Positions 15,131-31,322 of a stretch of 64,000 bases of DNA are shown here, in pieces. Position 1 is the stretch's first letter. Each line of letters begins with the position of its first letter. Below the pieces are notes generated by a model. That model ran no database searches, was not told the DNA's origin, and saw only the letters and a list, made by a program, of their open reading frames with translations. Position numbers and translations under genes: made by a program. The DNA comes from the human T2T-CHM13v2.0 reference genome, Homo sapiens. Location: the NCBI RefSeq assembly GCF_009914755.1, contig NC_060925.1. One strand, written 5' to 3'.

Positions 15131-17611
15131 CCAATCAACTGTAAGGATAGAGCCTAGTACTTAACCACTGTCCTAGAACAGGCTTGGTTAGACTAAGGCT
15201 GATGACTATGAAGGCTTGTGAGTTGATCATCATCTAGTAATGCCTTATATGTATGTATTACCTATATTTTACCTTCTTCAAAGCACTTCTGTACACATGA
15301 CCCTCACACAACAGCTTTAGAGTAAGTGAGAGAGGATTGTTTTTCTTATTTTACAGATAGGGACAGTGAGTCCCACAGAAAGAAGTGCCTGGCCTAAGTC
15401 ATACAAGAATGACAAAGCTGGGACCAGATTTCAAAACTCCAGCCTCCTAATCATTGGTCTTCTCAGTGAGTTCATCTCAGGTCATCCAAGATGCGAATGC
15501 ATAGCCTGACTGGGGAGTTCAGACCTCTGAACTGGAGTCCATTGTCCAAGTTCTGTACCCTGTCTCCACAGTACAGCAACAAGGCCTTTGAGGTTTTGAT
15601 TGGAAAGACTAAAGTCTGAAAGACGGAAACTTGGGCAATGCTCTAATTGTCCCTCTTCTGTGTAGATGTTTTATTCTCTTGGGCCATTGTCTGCCTAAAC
15701 CACATGGCAGCTTCTTTGATTGCATCAGCCTGATCCAATTATATGATAAGCTGTTTTTGAGGGTTGCAATCTGATCCTTCCATCTCCCCTTGCCCCTTTT
15801 CTCCCTGTGCCTGAATGATAAAGACTCTCACTGCTCCAAGCCAGCATGCAGCCTTAACCTGCTGTGCATCCGCAACTCACTGTGGGAAAGAGAGAGCATG
15901 ATCTCATAGTGCTCAAACCTTATTCATTTACACATTCACTCAGGGGCCTGGGAAACCAAAGACACTTGAGCAGCCATGAATAAAAAGATACCATCTGATG
16001 AGCAGCAATGAAGAAAACTTATTATCTGCACAGCGACATCTGACGGTTGAAAGGCAGTAATTGGATTGGCTGGGGGAAATTCCCGATTGATTTATAAAAA
16101 CAACAGAGCAGAATGTAACATGGGAGGTCTTCCACTTGACCAGACCCATAGGGCTGTACCTGCTGCTTTTCATCAGCACCATTGTAAGGCTAAGCATTCT
16201 GTCCCTTCAGGCCTGCAGCCCAATTTCCTGCCTTTGTGCCTGTAATTGACTTTTGGCAGGACGTTTGTATTGTCTAGTGTGGCCTTTTTGTAAGCCAAGC
16301 TCCCACACAGAAGGAGTTATCTGGGGCAACATTCAGAAAGAGATCTGTCAGTCTGTCTGCCCTGGAATAGTCATGACTTATTGCACATATATTTATTGAG
16401 TGCCTACTATGTGTCGGCACTGCTTCATGTACTCAAGATCCAGCAGTGAACCAAACCAACAGAAATCCCTGCCCCCAAGGAGCTTGCCATTTACATCCTG
16501 CTCATGCAAATGACCCCTCCTCAAACACAGAGATCGGTTCCAAAAATAATAAAACCACTGTGCATTCTCACCCTCCCCAGCCCCAACCCCACCCCAAGTC
16601 TTGTTTTCTGAGCCAGACTCCTGGGGGTCATGCATGAACTGAGGTTCTGCAGGGTTTTACTTAAAGCCACCATGCTCCAGAAAACATGGAGTCCTGAAAA
16701 CTTCCCCACAAAACATTTTACTGACAGTTGTTACAGTTTTTTTGGGGGGGTTCAAGAGTCCTTTGTCACTGAAGGATGACCCATGGTCTGTTTCTCTGTT
16801 TTATTGAGCTTTCAAAATCCTTTTATGGTAATTCTTCCATCCCAAGCAACAGGAACTCAATCTGAAGAATAGGCCAGAAGAACTGTGCCCTGAGGTAAAC
16901 TCTGCCGCTGGTGGGAGGCTGGAAAGAACATCAGGGAACACTTAATGTTTCAAATATTTCCATCTTTGTTTTCCATCTTGAAAGTCTTAATGCATTAGAG
17001 GCTCTTTCCACAGACATTTCAATGCAAGTTTGACTTTTTTTCTCTGTATTTAGTCATTCAGGGCATTGAGTAAGTTCTAGAATGCAATGACAACTCTAGT
17101 ATAGAACCAGACACAAAGAGGTTTCTTTTGTTTGTTTGTTTTTTTCCCTTTGAAACTTATTTGGTAAGGGGGTTTTGTGATACCCAAATAGTTCATTATA
17201 GGGTGTTTTCATCTCATAGAATGGGAGTGGATTAGACTCTGAGTGAGTCAATTAAGGCTGCCTGATCAAGATGTATAAATGATCCCTGTGGGTCAGTTCA
17301 TTTGGAAACTGATATAATAAAATGCAAACTAACATTTATTGAGAGATCATAATAACTTATTATATCTATATATGCCAGGGTCTGGCTTAACTACTTTATG
17401 ATTTACTATGATTAATGATCTTGCCGAAGCCTTGATTTAAGATCGTGACGGAGAGGCTGTTAACATCTTAATCTAACAGTTTAGAAAAGTGAGGCTTGTC
17501 AAGGTTGCCCAAAGACACAACTAGTAAGTATAGAACTGGTTCTGGTTCAAAACAGTGATGCAAAGAGCACCAGAATCATTTTTGGAAGCTTCCCTGGCCC
17601 AGATGAAGTAT

Positions 17612-17615
<4 letters not shown>

Positions 17616-17658
<43 letters not shown>
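17616..17658. repeat. (CA)n microsatellite
   Basis: About 21 perfect units. Confidence 0.95.
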
Positions 17659-17659
<1 letters not shown>

Positions 17660-19975
17660 CGCTGGAAAGCTCCTATCAAGCTTGGGCACTGGGTTCACTG
17701 ATAGGAGATAGAGACCAAATACCTTTGTAATGCATTCTAGGGGGGCAGGGTTGGATTTGAGCCTGACCTTGTGGTGGGAACGTGATTTGACGCGATGTAC
17801 GTGGAGCCATACATCGGTGCTACATGTATCCTAAAATTCCACTGTCCTTGGTACAACAAGAGTCCCAAGGAAGGGGTTGGACCAGGCACCTTGCTAGGAA
17901 ATTAGCAAGTTCTCAGAGTCTTTGAAAATTCGATTTGGGAAACAGATTCAGTAGGGCTGGTATTTTCAAACTTTCTGACAGAAAGATAAGATTTATGCGT
18001 GGTCTTTGTATCAGTGATTAGCTGTAGGACTCTGGATACTCGCTTTTCTGGACTTTCACATCTGTCAAATGGCATCATAAATACTTGCTCCAGGGCCAGC
18101 ACTCACGAAATGATTGTCGTCTAAGTGAATAAATGAGTGAAGAAAAGTGAGGGAAGCCAAGAAGGAAATAGGGCATTTTTAAAAGATGGATACTTGAGCA
18201 AAGGGGAAAGAGAACAACAATGTTAATGTGGTGTTAGCTGTTTGCCGTGATATTTCCTACATTCTGTTCAGTAGCTCTTGCCTATTTATAGAACATTTTT
18301 ATGTGGTGTCTCATTTAGTCCTCCCAGAAGTCTTATGAAGTAGGCTCTTCTCTTCCCTTCCATTCCTGTTTTACCATGAGCTGGCTGAGGGTCAGCAATA
18401 GAAGAGGCTGCCTCAGCAATCCCCACCCATCCCCTGCCCAGGAAGTGGCTGTGGTCTGACTTGGAGTCTGGAGCCTTCTGCATCCATGGTGCCCCACTCC
18501 TTGGCCAGCAGACATGAATGGGTGCTTTGGAAGGAGTTAAATATGCACTCCCATGTGGAGCTTTCAGCATTGCTGCAGGGTAACCTACTCTCTCTTCCCG
18601 GAGAAAAATATAAAGAAGGCACAAATATCAGGTGGTTTACCTTATAAATTCAAGATAATGTGTTTTACTTCAAGGCACATGCTGTGAAGTCTAGTGGAAA
18701 GGAGGGAGATTAGATTTTGTGTTGGGGCTTCTGCATCTGAATGAATGCAAAGAAAAATAGGCAGAGAGAGAAATGCAATTCTAGCCTTTGGTTAGTGGGA
18801 ATCGTTCCTGAGGTTAGCTAGGATGGCATTCAGCTTGGCTCTCAAGGTCATGTGGAATTAGATGTATTATCAATTCCAATAGTGTATACAGGTGTGTGTG
18901 GGTACTTTTCAGATTTACTTCCTATAAAAGAATCCAATTTACTGTGACTGGAACTGCCTTCCTTCTCCAAACAGAGGAATTTTTGAAAAGAAGGCAGTCC
19001 ACACTTTGGTGAATGGCACCCAACTCTGCCTCCATTTTCTTGCTTCTCACTCATTCTTTGGCCCGTTCCAGTTTGGCTTCTGTCCATATCTCACACTGAC
19101 ACAGCCCTTGCTAAAATCACCAGTGATTTCTGTGCCACTAAATTCTAGGGATGGTTTTGGCCTCCTGTTCCTTGAGCTCTCATCAGTACTTGACACTATT
19201 GACCACACCTTTCTCTTTGTGGCTTTTGTGATTCCATATTTTTCTAGTTTCTTTTTCTCCACTTCTGTTGCCCCTTCTCTCTCCTTAATGGATTCGTCCT
19301 TCTTCATTATACATATTGGATGTCCTCAAGGCTTGATTCTAGGCCACTTTATCTTTTCAGTTCCCATTTTCTTCCTACGTGATCTCAGCTTTTCCCATGA
19401 CTTCATTTTACCCTCCTCTGGGTCCCATGCTTCTCTGTACTAATTAGGATAGAATGGGCTCCAAATTCCAGCGACTGAACAAACACAGTGTATTTTTCTT
19501 ATATGTGCAATGTGTTGTGCAGGTTTGGCAGCCAGATATAAGTGTGACTCAGGGATTCAGGCTGTTTCCATCTTGTAGTTCTGCTGTTTCAGTGTGTGGC
19601 CTTTCCCATGGCCCCATGGTGCATGGCAGTAGAAGAGAGAGTGTGGAGAACCCACCCACACACAAAAGGCTCCCACCTACAGCCTTTTGGCTGCAAACAG
19701 TCACATGGCTCCAACTTAAATGCAAGGGAAGCTGTAAATGGACATCCTCCTCCTGTGTTCCTGGGAAGAGGAAAGTGAACTGGGACTCAGTGAACTCCTA
19801 GCATTGCCTGAGACACACTCTACCTTAATAAGTCTAGCATAGACCTCTCTTTAGAACTCCAGCCCTTACATCCAATTGCTCTGTGGTATTTTCATTCACT
19901 AGCACACCTCAGAAATAACTCACACTTAACCACATCCCCAAATGAGCTCATGACCCATTCATAAAACCTGTACTT

Positions 19976-20368
<393 letters not shown>

Positions 20369-21548
20369 CTATAAGAAACTTATCTTACCTTGACTTCCTC
20401 CTCTTTCAGTTCCACATTCTGTCACCACCTCTGTCAACTTTACCTTCTATGCACTTCCATCTATTCTCAGGGCATTCCTCATCCAAGCTACTGTCCCCCT
20501 TCATCTGCACTCTACAGTGGTCTCCTAATTGGTCATCTCACTTCCACTCTTGCCCCTGACCAGTCCATTCCATACACTACAAGCTAGAGACGAATCTGAT
20601 TGGATCTCATTTCCTGCTTAAAACTCTGCAATAATTTCCAGCGCTCTTACCTGGACCAACGTCTTCAACAATCCCTTTTAAAGGCTCACCAGGACTGACT
20701 CTTGCCATCTTCTCAGCCTCCCTTTCCATCCCTTCCTCAGCCCCCAGAAGCCCCAACATTCACCCCCGTGCTCTTGCCTGACCACTCCTACTCATCCTGC
20801 AGCTCAGCCATGTCCTGGGGGTGGTTTCTTGGCTCCTTGGTCAGGTCCTCCTGTTTTATGCTCTTACAGTTCTGTTGCATCTTTCCCTCATAGCCCTTAT
20901 CACAGTTTTAACTGCATTTAAAAATTATTTAATTTAGTAATTTTATTTACTGAACTATTAGTTCCAGGAGGGCAGGGACTATTTCTGATTTATTCACTTT
21001 GCACACTATCTTGCATATTGCCTAGTACATAGTAGATGCTCAGTAAATATTTGTTGTGTGAACTTTTTTCTCCATAAGTATTAAATAATCGCTATATTAA
21101 GAATCAGGTGAATTAAAAAATAATTCCTACCCTCAAACTATTTCAGAAAAGGGGAAAAAAGATGCCATAAACATGATGTGCCCCAATTGAGTTGAATGGG
21201 TGTTGAAAGTTACATGTGAGAGTTAGCAGAGGTCTGGAATATCTTGCCCTAGACAACCCACACTAGCAACTGAATCACACAACTAATGGAAAGAATTGAA
21301 ATTTCTTGAGGGCAGGAACCTTCTCTGCTTTTGCTCTACATGTCTTAGTACCTGGCATACTACTGTACATATAAAGAATGCTTATTAATATAGTGAATCT
21401 ACTGACATATAAATAAAAAGCCTCTCTAGAATGAAAGGCTTGCTAGCTGGAGGAAGGCAGTGTATGAGCAAGCTCTTGGTCTTCTCTTGTCTCCCAGCAC
21501 CTATGTCTGTTTGGAGGGTCAGAGTGAAGTATTCATCTTCCTTCTCAG

Positions 21549-21645
21549 GTCTTCCAGAGGCGGAACACTGGGCAGCTGGATTTCTTCAAGCGATGGAGGA
21601 GCTATGTGGAAGGCTTTGGGGACCCCATGAAGGAGTTCTGGCTTG
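21549..21645 (+). CDS. TNN: Tenascin-N fibrinogen-globe exon 2
   Basis: ttctcag|GTCTTCCAG ... CTTG|gtatga; 97 nt; VFQRRNTGQLDFFKRWRSYVEGFGDPMKEFWLG. Confidence 0.96.
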
Positions 21646-22524
21646 GTATGATCTCAGAATCCAGGAGGCTGGGGCTGTGGGGGGTGATTTCTCCCAGGAC
21701 AAGCTAGCTAGGAGGCTTAGGGAAGCTCACCACCTTCACAGAGAGGCCCCAGTGGCAGGGAGACAGAGGACTGTGCCGAGCAGGGTGTTGGTGGGCATGT
21801 TGATGGGAAGGCTGTCTTGCACTCTGAACTTGTTGAAAGGTAGGGTGGTCACAGGGGTTTTATGCTGATTTAAGCTCTGCAGGATCTGCCTGCAGCCTGA
21901 AGATCTTAGAAGCCACAGTAGTAGAAAAAAAGTTCAGTGATTGGGATGCTGGTCCATTACTGGGAGGTCACTCTAGCAGTCTCTAAAATTCTGTTCGTGA
22001 TGCCAGGCATTATGAGCAATTTTTTCCCCCTTTTCCCTCTGCTCTCCTCTGGAGCAGATGTTCACAGACAGTGAAATAGCCAAAAGCATGAATTGGGAAA
22101 TGAAGAATTAAAAAGTCATAGTTCAGATACCCAGTGTCTAATAAAGTAGATGATGTTTGTGGTTTGCTCAGTGTAAAATCTCTTTGGGGATCTTAGGATG
22201 AGTCGTTGACCTGCTCTCCTACTTGGTGAGATAAATGGATGATAAATACAACTGCTTCTGTTTTAGAAGGATGGAGCCAATGGAGGCAGATTCCTTCTGG
22301 GGTTACCCTGCCCCCTTCACTGCTCCCTTCCATAGAATGTGGTCTTCGCACTCCTTAGTGTGACTATGAGCCCCCAAAAGAGAAAGTGCTGAGACTGCCC
22401 CTTATTAGCAGAGAAGGTAAAGACTAAAGTGACTTTAGGTTCTGAAAACCTCAGACACACATGTTGAGTGCTTACTCGCACACATGGGTTGATTGATTAT
22501 TGGAATTCCATTTTTTATTTTTAG

Positions 22525-22692
22525 GACTTGACAAGCTACACAACCTCACCACCGGCACTCCAGCGCGGTATGAGGTGAGAGTGGATTTACAGACTGCCAA
22601 TGAATCTGCCTATGCTATATATGATTTCTTCCAAGTGGCCTCCAGCAAGGAGCGGTATAAGCTGACAGTTGGGAAATACAGAGGCACGGCAG
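22525..22692 (+). CDS. TNN: Tenascin-N fibrinogen-globe exon 3
   Basis: tttttag|GACTTGAC ... GCAG|gtgaga; 168 nt; LDKLHNLTTGTPARYEVRVDLQTANESAYAIYDFFQVASSKERYKLTVGKYRGTAG. Confidence 0.96.
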
Positions 22693-23065
22693 GTGAGAAA
22701 AAATGTTTTCTTACTGCGAAGGTCTCTTGCTGTCTGTTGTGTAAGGATTGGTTTGCCGTGTGCCACTGATCTGGGGGATGGAATATTATTCTGTGGAGGT
22801 GAATTGTTCTCATTGACAGTGGAGGTCCTACTCTCTGCAGGGGGTCAGGAGTGAACAAATAGTTGAAGCAATCCTTGACCACCATAAAATTGGAATTTTG
22901 TATGTTATATGTCATCCCCCCACCCCAATAAAAACCCTCCCCTTGTACTCCTCTTATTCAGGCTGTTGTACATTAGCTGATGAGCCCATATTCTGAACAA
23001 TTTCTTGATGCTTGTCAGTCTTTCATTCGGCTTTAGCAGTGTGGCTGTCATCTTTGTCTGCACAG

Positions 23066-23067
<2 letters not shown>

Positions 23068-23104
<37 letters not shown>
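23068..23104. repeat. (TG)n microsatellite
   Basis: Perfect dinucleotide run. Confidence 0.95.
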
Positions 23105-23105
<1 letters not shown>

Positions 23106-24440
23106 TTGAGCTTTTGGTGGCACTTTGCTATAAAAACAGAATAAGGAAAGTGCTGATTCAAATAATAAGAAGTATAGGTCTCATTAATTTAATTCAACTG
23201 TGACAACACAGAAATGAGCAGTTCAGTGGAAAGTGAAGGAACCTTTAGCCTCTAGTAGCTGCTCATTGGAGCTAAGCCAGTTGCTGGTGTGTTTGGTTGT
23301 GAGGGAAAAGAGCAAAATTAAGCAACATGACTGAAATGCTGGAATGATACCAGTAAATTAAATACATTATGTAAGAGGGGGAGGTGTGGTCATTGTTTTA
23401 ATACCAATATTTTAAAAGCGGTATTTATGGCTTTTAAACCATAACAAGTGTTTTGACATTTGCCTGTGTTTTGACATTTGCGTTTTTGACTTTGGTGTAT
23501 TTACACAGGAATGTGTTACCAGCCAGACTGACCGACTGTATAAGACATGGCGGTCTCTCTCCTTAGACTTAAATGTAAATAGGTGAATACAAATAGAAGG
23601 TAACTTTTGCAGAGAGTCAAATAAGGGGTGAGAAACATAAACAGTTACAGGAGTGTGGAGAAGGTGGGCACATGGAGTACGAAGCAACTGGAGGGAGCTG
23701 GATCTGCAAAAAGGGGCAAACTCAAGTGGGAGGAAATAGAGGGCTCTCCAGGCCTGGGGGCTTTAGGGTGAGTAGGGACTGAGCAGAGGCAAGAATGCTG
23801 GAGTTTATCTCACAGCCTTGCTGGACTTCTCAAGACCATGTACTCAAGGACCCCTGATGGCAGAAGACTGTGAACAGAACTTCTGAGTGTCTGGGGCCAT
23901 GATCTGGGTGGCCAACTATGAATGCAAACCTTCTTTGAGATCTTATAATTTCATTTAAAAAATAGTCACATGAATTTTGCATTTGTTCTTGTTTCCCAGT
24001 GCCTATCTCAGAGCCTGGTACAGAGTAGGAGAGTTTAAAAAATGAAATTGCTAGCAGGACTTTTCTATATACATAATCTTAGGGATGTTTAGTATCTTAC
24101 ATTATAGTCCCTGAGACCCAAATAAGTTCCATAGGGGTGAATGAAAGGTGAGTTTGGTGACATGGTGACATGGGAGGGGACAAAGAGGGAGGGGTAGGCA
24201 CCTACCAGAGTATGAGGCATTTGGGCTACAGACACGGGGAAACTGTTCCAGGATTCTGAGTAGGAGTTGGGTGAGAAAAAGTATGCAAAGAATTATTTCA
24301 GGGAAAAGACAATCCTTGAAAAAAAAGCATTGCAGCTAGAAGATCCTCACTGCCTTTGGATACTGTCACTTCTTTCCTAAGTAGTCCTGGGTCTCCATGG
24401 GCTGAAGACAGGCTGTGCTACATGTACTTGAAGTATAACA

Positions 24441-25642
24441 TAGTCATGCATTGCTTAACGACAGGGATACATTCTGAGAACTGCATTGTTAAGCATTTCA
24501 TCATTGTGCAAACATCATAGAATGCACTTACACAAATCTAGATGGCAGAGCCTGCTATAGACCAAGGTATATGGTGTAGCCTATTGCTACTAGGCTACAA
24601 ACCTGTATGGCATGTTACTAAATATTGTAGGCAATTGTAACACCATGGTAAGTACTTATGGATCTAAATATATGTAAACATAGAAAAGGCACAGTGAGAA
24701 TATGGTATAAAAGATAAAAAATGGCCAATCTGTAAGGGTACTTACTATGAATGGAGCTTGCAGGACTGGAAGTTGCTCTGGGTGAGTCAGTGAGTGGTGA
24801 GCGAATGTGAAGGCCCAGGACAGGACTGTGCACTCCTGTAGACTTTAGGCACACTGCCCTTCGGCCACACTAAATTTATTTAAAAATGTTCTTTCTTCGT
24901 TAATAAAAATTAACCTTATCTTATTGTAACTGTTTTACTTTATAAACTTTAACATCTTTTTCAATTTTTTTGACTCCTTTGGAGTAACACTTCGCTTAAA
25001 ACATAAGCACATTGTGCAGCTGTACAAACATATTTTCTTTCTTTATATCCATATTCTGTAAGTTTTTTTTTCTATTTAAACATTTTTTATTTTTATTTTT
25101 TACTTTTTAAACCTTTGTGTTAAAAACTAAGACACAAATACACACATTAGCCTAGGCCTGCACAGGGTCAGGATCATCAATATCACTGTCTTCCACCTCC
25201 TCATCTTGTCCCGCTGGAAGGTCTTCAGGAGCAATAGCACACATGGAGCTGTCATCTCCTGTGATAACAATGCCTTCTTCTTGAATACGTCCCAAAGGAC
25301 CTGCCTGAGGCTGTTTTACAGGATTTTTTTTTTGTAAAGTACTCATACACTCTAAAATAGCAATAAAAAGCATAGTATTATTCACACAAACCAGTAACAT
25401 AATTGTTTATTATCATTATCAAGTATTATTTACTGTATGTAATTGTATGTGCAAGACTTTTGTATAACTGGTAGGTTTGTTTACACCAAATCACCACAAA
25501 CACATGAGTGATGCATTGGTCTGCAACCTTACGACAGCTGTGATGTCACTAGGTAATTTTCAGGTTTATTGTGATCTTATGAGACCACTGTCGTATATGC
25601 AGTCCCTTGTTAACTGAAATGTTCTTATGCAGGGCATGACTG
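24441..25642. mobile_element. Tigger3(b)-like Tc1/mariner non-autonomous DNA transposon, near full length
   Basis: TIRs (t)agtcatgc ... gcatgactg followed by TA; start gcttaacgacagggatacattctgagaa matches Tigger3/Golem; ~1.2 kb. Confidence 0.75.
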
Positions 25643-28163
25643 TATAAAACATGAAAGTCAGATATAGAAAAAGGCAGTTATAATACAGTTGGGAAACATA
25701 GATGGACATTCATATGATTATGAGGATATTAACTGAATAAGAGGGGATTTAAAGATGCTATTTTGTGTGACTAAGCACACTGTCCATATCCTCCCACCCC
25801 ATCTCTAAATGAGATCAGACTATGTTCCTGACAGCTTATTCCAGGTTCTTCCAACCCTTTGGTATAATACAGTACACACATTCCAGTCTGTCCCAGAGCC
25901 CTTGGGCCTCTTCAGTCCACATGGAGTCCATCTGATCATTTCTTTGGTTTCCAGTACCCTGTTGTCTGCTCTTGATCATGGCCATCGGTTAGCCTCAGCC
26001 TTTCCTTCTCAGGTTAAAGAAGTCTACATAAGCTCCATGCGTGGGACCCTCCCTGGACACAATATGAAGTGGGTGTTTTTCTTTGGCCCGTGTGCCCCAC
26101 ATCTCTCCCTGAAACCCAGTGCCCTCCCTGGCCTCCTGGTCAGGAACCTCACTCAGGCCTGTCCTCCCGGGCTGCACATTTCCTTTCCCTTGGCCATTAG
26201 CATTTGCCTTTTCTGAAGCCTGTGTTAAAGTGATCCAGCAAATGAACTGATGCCAATGGGAAAGAGACTGAAAGGGAGTCAACATGTTTGGTGAGTTATT
26301 TAATTCTCCTCCCAGGTACTCTGTTTGCATGTTAACTGCAATGAGGGGATAATTCCTGTTCTAAGGTTGTTCAGGCCAACAGTGCCAGCAAGTAGAGGAT
26401 GTATTTTTTAATAGAATTATTTTTTAATAGGAGACTTTCACACAGCATTTAGGCAGCGATCTAGTCTTCCCATGTGTACTATCATTCCCGCTTTTAAATT
26501 CTGAATTACAATGGTAGGGTTAGTGGAGTTTTAGCGTTCCTTATGTACACTGATTTGTCCATGAGGAGGGTTTCAGAATTTAGAAAGCTCCTGGCTACTC
26601 ATGTCTTGAATGCTGAGGCACTGTTTAGAGGACACGGCATTCAAATGGAAGGTGAATATTTTGATACCTCCCTGCACGCACCAGCTCTCCCCAGCCTCTA
26701 TCTTCATTTTAGCTCTGATTAGAACTGGCATGCATACAGCCTGGCAGGAATGTGTGGCTTAAGGCTTGCTCCCCACTCAGACTGTCCAGGTGGGCCCTCA
26801 ACTTTTGACTTCCACTCAAGTTATATCAGAAAGTCCATTTTCCCTTCATGAAGCAAATTCCAGCAAGGTAATGATGTGTAAATTTAGTTTCTGATTCTGA
26901 GTCTTCTAGTGGGGGCAGGGAGGCTATCTTATGAGCTCCACCATTAAGATGTTATTCATCTATTTAGAGATCATAATGCAAACATAAAGAGCTAGGCATT
27001 CAGAATGGTGCAGAATGAATTCTAGGGCTAACCAATGATTTACAGCTGATTTCGAGTCCCACCTGCATGGGCCACAGTGGGGACACAACCAGGGATGGAT
27101 CCCAACCTGGGGGCATTTGGAAATGTGACTGGGGAGCTCTGGAAGCATTTAGTGGGTTGGGACCAGGGATGGATTTTTAAATGCTGGCACCTGAAAAAGA
27201 AAAAAAAAATTAATGGGTACCTGGATGAAAGGGAGAGCTAGAAATGGCACAAATCATTTGTAATCATCCATTCCTAATCCTGAAATAAAAGACATTCAAG
27301 GTTCTGACACACACTACTGTGTCTGTGTGTGACTGACAGGGGATGCGATGTTAATGGCTTCTCCTGATCTTTGAAGGTTCAGCTGCCTGGGCCATCTTTC
27401 CCAACCTGGTGAATCCTAGAGGGGGAGAGTGGGCCTCAGAGGGACATTTTGATGAGATGGATGGTGACCAACTTGATCCCCTCTGAGTTTGGGCACAGAC
27501 CTTTCATGGGCCTGCCATGAACCCCTCCAGTCCTCATTCTCACTCTCTACACTCTGAACATTAGGATGGCTTCAGTTTCTAGAAGGTAGAAAATCCTTCT
27601 GCAGAAAAAGACCTCCCACATTTGGGTGAAAACCTGCTTTACCTTTCTTTATCCCAGTGCCCAGGTTTAGATCATCACAAACATGTCTTTAAGAGAGCCT
27701 CTGCACAGATTCTTAGAAAGCAGCCCTGGGAACCTTCTATGTAAATTAGCTAAGCTGTGCTCATTTAAAGAAGGTTACTAAGGGAGACACTGCACGTTAT
27801 TTCAAGCTGTGGTTAACTTTCTGTACAAAGTCTAGAGGGAGGCGGAAATGTGTATGACTAGCATGACAATATACCTTTCTTGGATTGGAGAAAACTACTG
27901 GAGACAGACCTGTCTGCTGTGTTTGCGTGGAAGTGGCCTCCGTGGCCCCAGAATCCTCCTGCTTTTTCTGGGTGAGGCATAAACGAGCTGCTGGTGAGAT
28001 TGCAGACTTGGAGGGGGCAAATTAGGACCTTCCCTTTTAACATATGCTACCAACTCTGCATATTCACCCCACCCACTCCAAAAACGTTTTTGAGAGCAAG
28101 GACCTTCTTATTTTTGTGTTCACAGAGCCAAGCATGTGCTGCTCCATAGCAGGTATTCAGTAA

Positions 28164-28705
<542 letters not shown>

Positions 28706-29223
28706 GATAGCTCTCTCTTGCTAGCGTGCAAGAAGCCCCCCATTGAAACAAGGAAGGCATAGGTGGATTGGTGTCTCAGAAAGAACCCTGGACTTGGAAT
28801 CTCAGGACAGAGATTTGAGTCCCAGCTCTGCTGTTTGTGGACGGTGGGACCTTAAGAAGTTCCTAGAGTCTAACCTTTTTGAATTTGTTTCCCCACGGGA
28901 CTAAGAGCTGCCCTGCTCACTTCACAGGGTTGCTGTGAGAGTGAGATGAGAATGCACATGCGAAGAAGATCGCTAAACTTAGAGCTGAGATATAAATGTA
29001 AGAATCTTTATTGCAGGAACAGAGCTTGATGAAGCTTGTGATTGATATGGGCCCTTATTGCCTTTTATGAGCAGAAAAAGAAAGCTTGTAAAAGGATGAA
29101 AAATATGATAGGGAAACAGGAGATACATAAGCAAAATAATTAAAGCAGTTTTCCAGATGGGATGTAATGAAGGACTGAATTTTACATGTGTCTCCAGAAG
29201 GGCTCTGGAAGTTCAGGAGTGTT

Positions 29224-29229
29224 TGTGTG

Positions 29230-29263
<34 letters not shown>
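29224..29263. repeat. (TG)n microsatellite
   Basis: Interrupted TG run. Confidence 0.9.
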
Positions 29264-29266
<3 letters not shown>

Positions 29267-30112
29267 GGAGGGTGCATGGGAAGACCAATAAAGAGAATCT
29301 TCTTTAGAAGTGGCCTTGAGCTAGGCTTTGAAGGGATGGTTGGGATTTGGACAGATGAGGGCAGAGAGAAATCTCCTGGAAGGTGGGCTGGTCCACAGTG
29401 GAGGGTGTGTGGTGGAGATGGTGGGATGCAAGACTGTGCATAGGGCACAACCAACCTACAGGCCTGCAAGGCATGGAAGAGGAATTCACCTCCACGTGGT
29501 ATGAAGTAGACTGTTAGGCCTGAGATGATGAAAATGGACGTCTAAACTCCAGAGGGGCTGGCAGGCAAGAAGCCAGAGAGAAGGCTGTTTTGTTAACACA
29601 GACCCAGGATGAGAGAAGGCCGAGGGTGGCTGTCATGGGAGCAGAGACATAGGGGTGTATGTGAGTGACCTGCAGAGGGAGGGCTTGAGAAGAGGTATGA
29701 AGGGATTGCCAAACATGGCTCCAGGTTCCAGGTCTGGGTGGTGTGGAGAAGGGTGGACCCAAGGCAGAGTGGGGAGAGTGGAGAGTGGTGCTCTTGTGTG
29801 TGGTGTGGTCAGGGACTTGGGGAGAGTTGTTATGTTTGGATATTTGATCTGACTGTGGAGCTTCCAAGTGAAAATGCTATGAGAACTGTTGGAGAAACAG
29901 GCCTGAAGTTGGGGTACAGGCCAGGAAAGACAGCTTGTTCCCATGTGTCATGTTCCCATTTGGGCTGTTTTGAGAGAGCGGTGACTACCTGTGACATGAC
30001 TGGCTGCATCTTTGGCATTTTCATGCCTAGAGATCTTCCTGCTGGGTCCTCTTTTGATCATCTCCTCGGTGGCTAACCCTGGGCTCTCGCCTCCGTCTCT
30101 TCTCTCCTGCAG

Positions 30113-30276
30113 GGGATGCTCTTACTTACCACAATGGATGGAAGTTTACAACTTTTGACAGAGACAACGATATCGCACTCAGCAACTGTGCCCTGACACA
30201 TCATGGTGGCTGGTGGTATAAGAACTGCCACTTGGCCAACCCTAATGGCAGATATGGGGAGACCAAGCACAGTGAG
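30113..30276 (+). CDS. TNN: Tenascin-N fibrinogen-globe exon 4
   Basis: cctgcag|GGGATGCT ... AGTGAG|gtaggt; 164 nt; [54 protein letters not shown]. Confidence 0.96.
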
Positions 30277-30589
30277 GTAGGTGACAGGTGAATGTCTTTT
30301 CTGTCCCAGGGTATGTCCATATTCAGCTTCCAAATGGACACCCTCCAGGCCAGTCTGGCAGCCCCTCTCCTTCTGAAGCTTCCAGTCAAAGCAGTAGAGC
30401 TTCTCCTCCAGGCTCCATGGCCTTGAGGTCGTGGCCTCCCTTCCTGATGGCCATGGCCCTGCTTGTTTTGCATTCCCAGAGCTGCACACTTGCCTAGGGG
30501 AAGGTGCGGGAAAAGCTTGGGCTGCCCACTGCCATGTAATGACAGATGATGTGCTCTGCACGCTGTCTCATTTTACTAGTTCACACACT

Positions 30590-31322
<733 letters not shown>
